From positions 160,001-224,000 of the forward strand of contig OY782391.1 of the NCBI GenBank assembly GCA_963677745.1: 64,000 bases of DNA, given 5' to 3'. The position numbers were made by a program, and so were the translations under genes. The DNA comes from Candidatus Altimarinota bacterium (GTDB taxonomy: Bacteria > Patescibacteriota > Gracilibacteria > UBA1369). Within the stretch, counting starts at the first letter, position 1; the number at the start of each line of letters is the position of its first letter. Under the pieces are notes generated by a model. That model did no database searches. It was given only the letters and a program-made list of their open reading frames with translations, and had not been told where the DNA came from. This document shows positions 60,070 to 64,000 of the stretch, piece by piece.

Positions 60070-61548
60070 TCAAATTTCAGGAAATTTCCGGTGCCAGTCG
60101 GTTAACAACTGAAAAGCATGTCCGACTTGCAGCAGTTTTTCCTCGGTAAACTGGGGGGAAATTATCTGCAGACCTACCGGCAAATTCTCACTGCTCAATC
60201 CGCAGGGAATACTGAGTGAAGGAATGCCGGCCATGGAAGCCGGAATGGTAAAAGCATCCTCCAGATACATCGACAGCGGATCACTGGAGTGGGAACCGAC
60301 TTTGTAGGCGGTGCCGGGAGAAACCGGCGTCATTATCACGTCAACTTCCCGGAAGGCCTTTTCAAAATCCTGCTTGATCAGAGTCCTGACCTTGAGCGCC
60401 TTGCGGTAATAAGCGTCAAAATAACCGGCTGACAGAACATAGGTACCGGTAAGGATGCGGCGTTTCACTTCCGGTCCGAATCCCTGATCACGGGTCTTGT
60501 AATACTGGTCAATAATGTCAGTAATTTCGCCTTCGGGTTTCAAACCGTAACGGATTCCGTCATAACGGGCCAGATTGGCGGACAATTCCGCAGGCATAAT
60601 AATGTAGTAGATGGCGACTGCGTACTTGGTATAGGGCAGACTGATTTCCTTCAGAATTGCACCTTTCTTTTCATATTCGGACAGGGCGGCCCTGACCAGT
60701 TTATCCACCTCTGGACTTAATCCTTCCACAAAATATTCTTTGGGAACGCCGATCTTCAAACCTTTCAAGTCATCCAGCCCGCTCTGACCGGACTTCAGAC
60801 CGGCAGCGTAATCAGGCACGGCGATTTTGGGAGTGGTGGCATCTTTGAGATCATTGCCGGCAATTATGGTGAGCACCATTGCCAAATCCTCAACCGATCT
60901 GGCAAAAGGCCCAATCGTGTCCAGGGACGAAGCCATGGCCGTGACGCCGGAACGGGAAACCCGTCCATAGGAAACTTTCAGTCCGGAAACTCCGCAAAAA
61001 GAAGCCGGCAGGCGGATGGAACCGCCGGTGTCGGTGCCGATGGCATAGAAACAGGTACCTGCCGCTACAGCGGCGGCGGAGCCGCCGCTGGATCCCCCGG
61101 CCACCCTTTCCAGGTCCCAGGGATTGCGGGTCGGTCCGAAAGCCGAATATTCGGTGGAACCACCACAGGCAAATTCGTCGGTATTGGTTTTACCGGTCAG
61201 CACCAGTCCGGCATCCAGAAGCCTGCGAGCCACCGTGGCATTATAGGGCGGTATGAAATTCTCTAGTAGCTTCGAAGCTGATGTCGAGCGTATTCCTTTA
61301 GTATTTACAATGTCTTTCAAGGCACCGGGTACCCCGTCCAGTACGGATTTCAAATTTCCCCCGGTCTGCCTCGCATCGGCCTCCGCGGCGGCTTTTTCAG
61401 CCACCTCCGGGGTTTCGGTTATATAGGCGTTCAGCCGGCCGTTCAGGTCTTTGCCCCTCTGTATCATCTCCGCCGCCACTTCCGACGGCTTATATTTTTT
61501 GGCCCTGATGCCTGCGCTGACTTCCTTTAAAGTTAATTCTTTGAACAT
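60070..61548 (-). CDS. gatA: Asp-tRNA(Asn)/Glu-tRNA(Gln) amidotransferase subunit A
   Basis: GKTNTDEFACG, GGSSGGSAAAV, GTDTGGSIRLPA, ANLARYDGIRYG, RRILTGTYVLSAG. Confidence 0.97.
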   Translation of the reverse strand: MFKELTLKEVSAGIRAKKYKPSEVAAEMIQRGKDLNGRLNAYITETPEVAEKAAAEADARQTGGNLKSVLDGVPGALKDIVNTKGIRSTSASKLLENFIPPYNATVARRLLDAGLVLTGKTNTDEFACGGSTEYSAFGPTRNPWDLERVAGGSSGGSAAAVAAGTCFYAIGTDTGGSIRLPASFCGVSGLKVSYGRVSRSGVTAMASSLDTIGPFARSVEDLAMVLTIIAGNDLKDATTPKIAVPDYAAGLKSGQSGLDDLKGLKIGVPKEYFVEGLSPEVDKLVRAALSEYEKKGAILKEISLPYTKYAVAIYYIIMPAELSANLARYDGIRYGLKPEGEITDIIDQYYKTRDQGFGPEVKRRILTGTYVLSAGYFDAYYRKALKVRTLIKQDFEKAFREVDVIMTPVSPGTAYKVGSHSSDPLSMYLEDAFTIPASMAGIPSLSIPCGLSSENLPVGLQIISPQFTEEKLLQVGHAFQLLTDWHRKFPEI

Positions 61549-61564
61549 GTCTTGGTTTTCAAGG

Positions 61565-61900
61565 TTATTCTTCTTTAATCACCGCCCGAACGGCAATCTG
61601 ATTGGAAATTTTCGGCAAAGTGGTCACGGCCAAAAGGTCGTCGGCACTTTCCTCCACCGTCACCTGATCCGGTCTGGTGACATTGCGCAGTCCGTTGACC
61701 TGCAGGGTCATTTCCACTCCTTCAGTCTGCACTTCCTCCAGGATTTTCATATAATCCAGCACCGAATTCATCTGACCGGCATATTTTTCGGCTTCCTGGT
61801 CACTGATACCGATTCTGGACAAATGAGCGATATGTTTGATTTTTTCGGCGTCAATCGGTTTGGCGTCGACCGGCTGATTTTCATCTTTTTGGCTTGCCAT
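61565..61900 (-). CDS. gatC: Amidotransferase subunit C
   Basis: IKHIAHLSRI..VLDYMKILEEVQTEGVE..NVTRPD; directly upstream of gatA; start ATG 61900. Confidence 0.9.
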   Translation of the reverse strand: MASQKDENQPVDAKPIDAEKIKHIAHLSRIGISDQEAEKYAGQMNSVLDYMKILEEVQTEGVEMTLQVNGLRNVTRPDQVTVEESADDLLAVTTLPKISNQIAVRAVIKEE

Positions 61901-62049
61901 AGAGAACTTTTCAATTAAAATAATTGTAATAAAATCGCCTTCGGACAGCAAAATTCTACACTTTAAAAACACCAAGACAAGATTTTAATTTTGTCCAAGG
62001 GCTGGTATAATCTGGTTTGAAAATTTACTTAACAAACTAATCTAGACAA

Positions 62050-62382
62050 GTGGAAACCACCGAAAACATTATCAAAACCAATGACACTCTCCGAACACTG
62101 CGGCAGGTATCCCTGATTTTCTTTCTGATCATTGGCAGTCTGCACATTCTGAGCGGGTTGATGGTCAGTCAAAATCAGATGCTTCCCCTCTCCAACATTG
62201 TCAACCGCGTCCTGGACATTCCCTTCGCTCTGATTGGACTGATACTGGGACTTTCACAGGCCAGAATCTCCTCCGACAGTCCCCGCCGCAAGGCCTTCTA
62301 TATAATGATGATCATCATTTCTCTTTTAGTTTTGGGATTATTGCTGTATGTTAACCTCTTCTTACCCGACAAAACCGTTTAA
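62050..62382 (+). CDS. Hypothetical 3-TM membrane protein
   Basis: Three hydrophobic helices; upstream extended -10 TGGTATAAT (62003-62011). Confidence 0.75.
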   Translation: METTENIIKTNDTLRTLRQVSLIFFLIIGSLHILSGLMVSQNQMLPLSNIVNRVLDIPFALIGLILGLSQARISSDSPRRKAFYIMMIIISLLVLGLLLYVNLFLPDKTV

Positions 62383-62383
62383 A

Positions 62384-62878
62384 ATGCTTTTTTGGAACAA
62401 CCACAAACCACCCCGCGGAAAAATCGTCATGGCCTTTGGCACTTTTGATCTACTGCATGCCGGTCACGAAAACTTTTTGCGCCAGGCCAGAGAACTGGGC
62501 GATTATCTGATCGTGGTGATAGCCCGCGATTATACCGTCCGCAGCGTCAAAAGCCGGCTTCCCCTGAACCGGGAGAGCACCCGTCTGAAAAACCTCAAAA
62601 AAAGCGGCTGGGCCGACAAAGTGGTGCTGGGAAACCGCGACGATAAACATAAGATTATCCTCAAACACCGCCCGTCGATACTGGCTTTGGGCTACGACCA
62701 GTTTGTCTTTACTCAAACCCTCCAGAAAACCCTGATCGACCACAGTCTGGATACGGAAATCGTACGCCTGGAAGCGTATTTTCCCCAAACCTACAAATCT
62801 TCCCTGATCCGCCAGAATCTGGAAAAAGCTCCCGCCACACTGCCCATGGGCATCAAGACTACCGTGCAACCAAATTAA
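62384..62878 (+). CDS. Cytidylyltransferase-family protein (RibL-like FAD synthase)
   Basis: FGTFDLLHAGH (HxGH), LIVVIARD, LALGYDQ, SSLI; start ATG 62384. Confidence 0.82.
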   Translation: MLFWNNHKPPRGKIVMAFGTFDLLHAGHENFLRQARELGDYLIVVIARDYTVRSVKSRLPLNRESTRLKNLKKSGWADKVVLGNRDDKHKIILKHRPSILALGYDQFVFTQTLQKTLIDHSLDTEIVRLEAYFPQTYKSSLIRQNLEKAPATLPMGIKTTVQPN

Positions 62879-62882
62879 ACTC

Positions 62883-63860
62883 ATGTTCAAAACAAAATCC
62901 CGCAGCAAAATAAAAATTTACGATCTGAACAGCAACATTTTTGCCGAGTTCCTGCGGGGAATCCGGCTGGGCTTAACCAATCTCTGGCGCAATCGTCTGC
63001 TCAGCCTGGCCACCATCCTGGTCATGGCCATCATGATCTGTATTTTCAACAGTATCCTGGCCGTAAATTTCATCACCAGACAGGCTCTCAGCAACCTCAA
63101 TCAGAAAGTTGATATTGTGTTCTATCTGAAAGAAGGCACCGATTATTACAACGCCAGTCTGCTGGCAAGCAAAATCAAGCAGCTGCCCGGCGTCAAAAAA
63201 GTCGACTACATCTCAAAAGACGAAGCCCTCAATATTATTTCCAAAACCTATCCGGAAACAGCCGATTTTCTGACCAAATTCAATCTCAAAAACCCCCTGC
63301 CGGCCAGTCTGAGCGTCACCACCGAAAGCGCCGAATATCAGCAGAACGTCTATGATTTTCTGGCCTCCAGCCAGCTGCAGCAATATGTGGAAAACAATGA
63401 CCAGACCAACCGGGCGGACAACCAGGGCATTATTGCCTCCACCGCCAGTAACCTGATCAGCATCAATAATTTTGTCAAACAACTGATTTTCTGGATAGTA
63501 TTTATATTTATCATCGGTGGCGCCCTCATCATCATCAACGCCATCCAGCTGACAATCTTCACCCGCCGCAACGAGATTTTCATCATGAGACTGGTGGGCG
63601 CCACCCCCAATTTCATCCGCCTGCCCTTCCTGACCGAAGGCGTCTGTTACGCCCTGATCTCTGTTACTCTGAGCTTTCTGCTCTTGTATCTGACCGGCCA
63701 GGCCCTGGATGTCCAAAGTCTGCAAATCCTGCGCGACCTGTCCAGCCTCAACCTGTTCAACCTGTTCCTGTTCGAACTGTTACTGTGCGGTCTGCTGGCC
63801 CTGATCAGCAGCCTGGCCACCGTGGAAAAATATATCCGGGGCAATCTCTCCTATAATTAA
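62883..63860 (+). CDS. ftsX: Cell division permease-like protein FtsX
   Basis: NLWRNRLLSLATI, YISKDEAL, NPLPASL, TIFTRRNEIFIMRLVGAT..FIRLPFLTEG. Confidence 0.93.
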   Translation: MFKTKSRSKIKIYDLNSNIFAEFLRGIRLGLTNLWRNRLLSLATILVMAIMICIFNSILAVNFITRQALSNLNQKVDIVFYLKEGTDYYNASLLASKIKQLPGVKKVDYISKDEALNIISKTYPETADFLTKFNLKNPLPASLSVTTESAEYQQNVYDFLASSQLQQYVENNDQTNRADNQGIIASTASNLISINNFVKQLIFWIVFIFIIGGALIIINAIQLTIFTRRNEIFIMRLVGATPNFIRLPFLTEGVCYALISVTLSFLLLYLTGQALDVQSLQILRDLSSLNLFNLFLFELLLCGLLALISSLATVEKYIRGNLSYN

Positions 63861-63899
63861 CCGTCCGGACAAAATTATCCGGCACCCAAAACAAAAATA

Positions 63900-64000
63900 A
63901 TGCGCTATTTCCTGACACGAGCACTCATCCTGAAAAAACAGACCAGCGGAGAAAACGACTGGTACCTGACTTTGTTCAGCCCCGAATATGGAATGATCCG
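63900..64000 (+). CDS. recO: DNA repair protein RecO (5' fragment, runs off window end)
   Basis: MRYFLTRALILKKQTSGENDWYLTLFSPEYGMI matches RecO N-terminal OB-fold pattern. Confidence 0.75.
   Translation, partial: MRYFLTRALILKKQTSGENDWYLTLFSPEYGMI

Overview
Gene-dense chromosomal window from a reduced-genome bacterium, most likely Patescibacteria/CPR (Peregrinibacteria-like). This is an inference from the stand-alone VirB4-like ATPase, N-terminally truncated MurE, PEGA and PilC-like proteins, giant Cys-rich surface protein and near-absence of Shine-Dalgarno motifs. TGA is used as a stop, so the code is 11, not the Gracilibacteria code 25. Most of the window is housekeeping: gyrA, rpmE, tgt, ruvA, ruvC, pyk, priA, trpS, pyrG, greA, rpoD, dnaG, truB, murE, hpf, holA, gatCA, ftsX, recO and tRNA-Arg(TCG). 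Envelope and secretion genes are also present (SLH-CtpA protease, pilD, manC, secDF, lgt, wecA-like, O-antigen-ligase-like). I saw no CRISPR array, transposase, integrase or phage gene. The best candidate for an undescribed system is the 13-kb locus at 45708-58824. It encodes a small protein resembling the N-terminal domain of the adjacent 2169-aa protein, that signal-less 2169-aa protein with pore-like segments, and a 1960-aa secreted disulfide-rich adhesin-like protein. Other notable items are a SecDF with two inserted parvulin PPIase domains, a tandem pair of novel 2-TM receptor-like paralogs, an atypical KamA-family aminomutase right after tRNA-Arg(TCG), a TGT lacking its zinc cysteines, and an identical hairpin used twice 34 kb apart. 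All calls come from motif recognition by eye; no searches were run.
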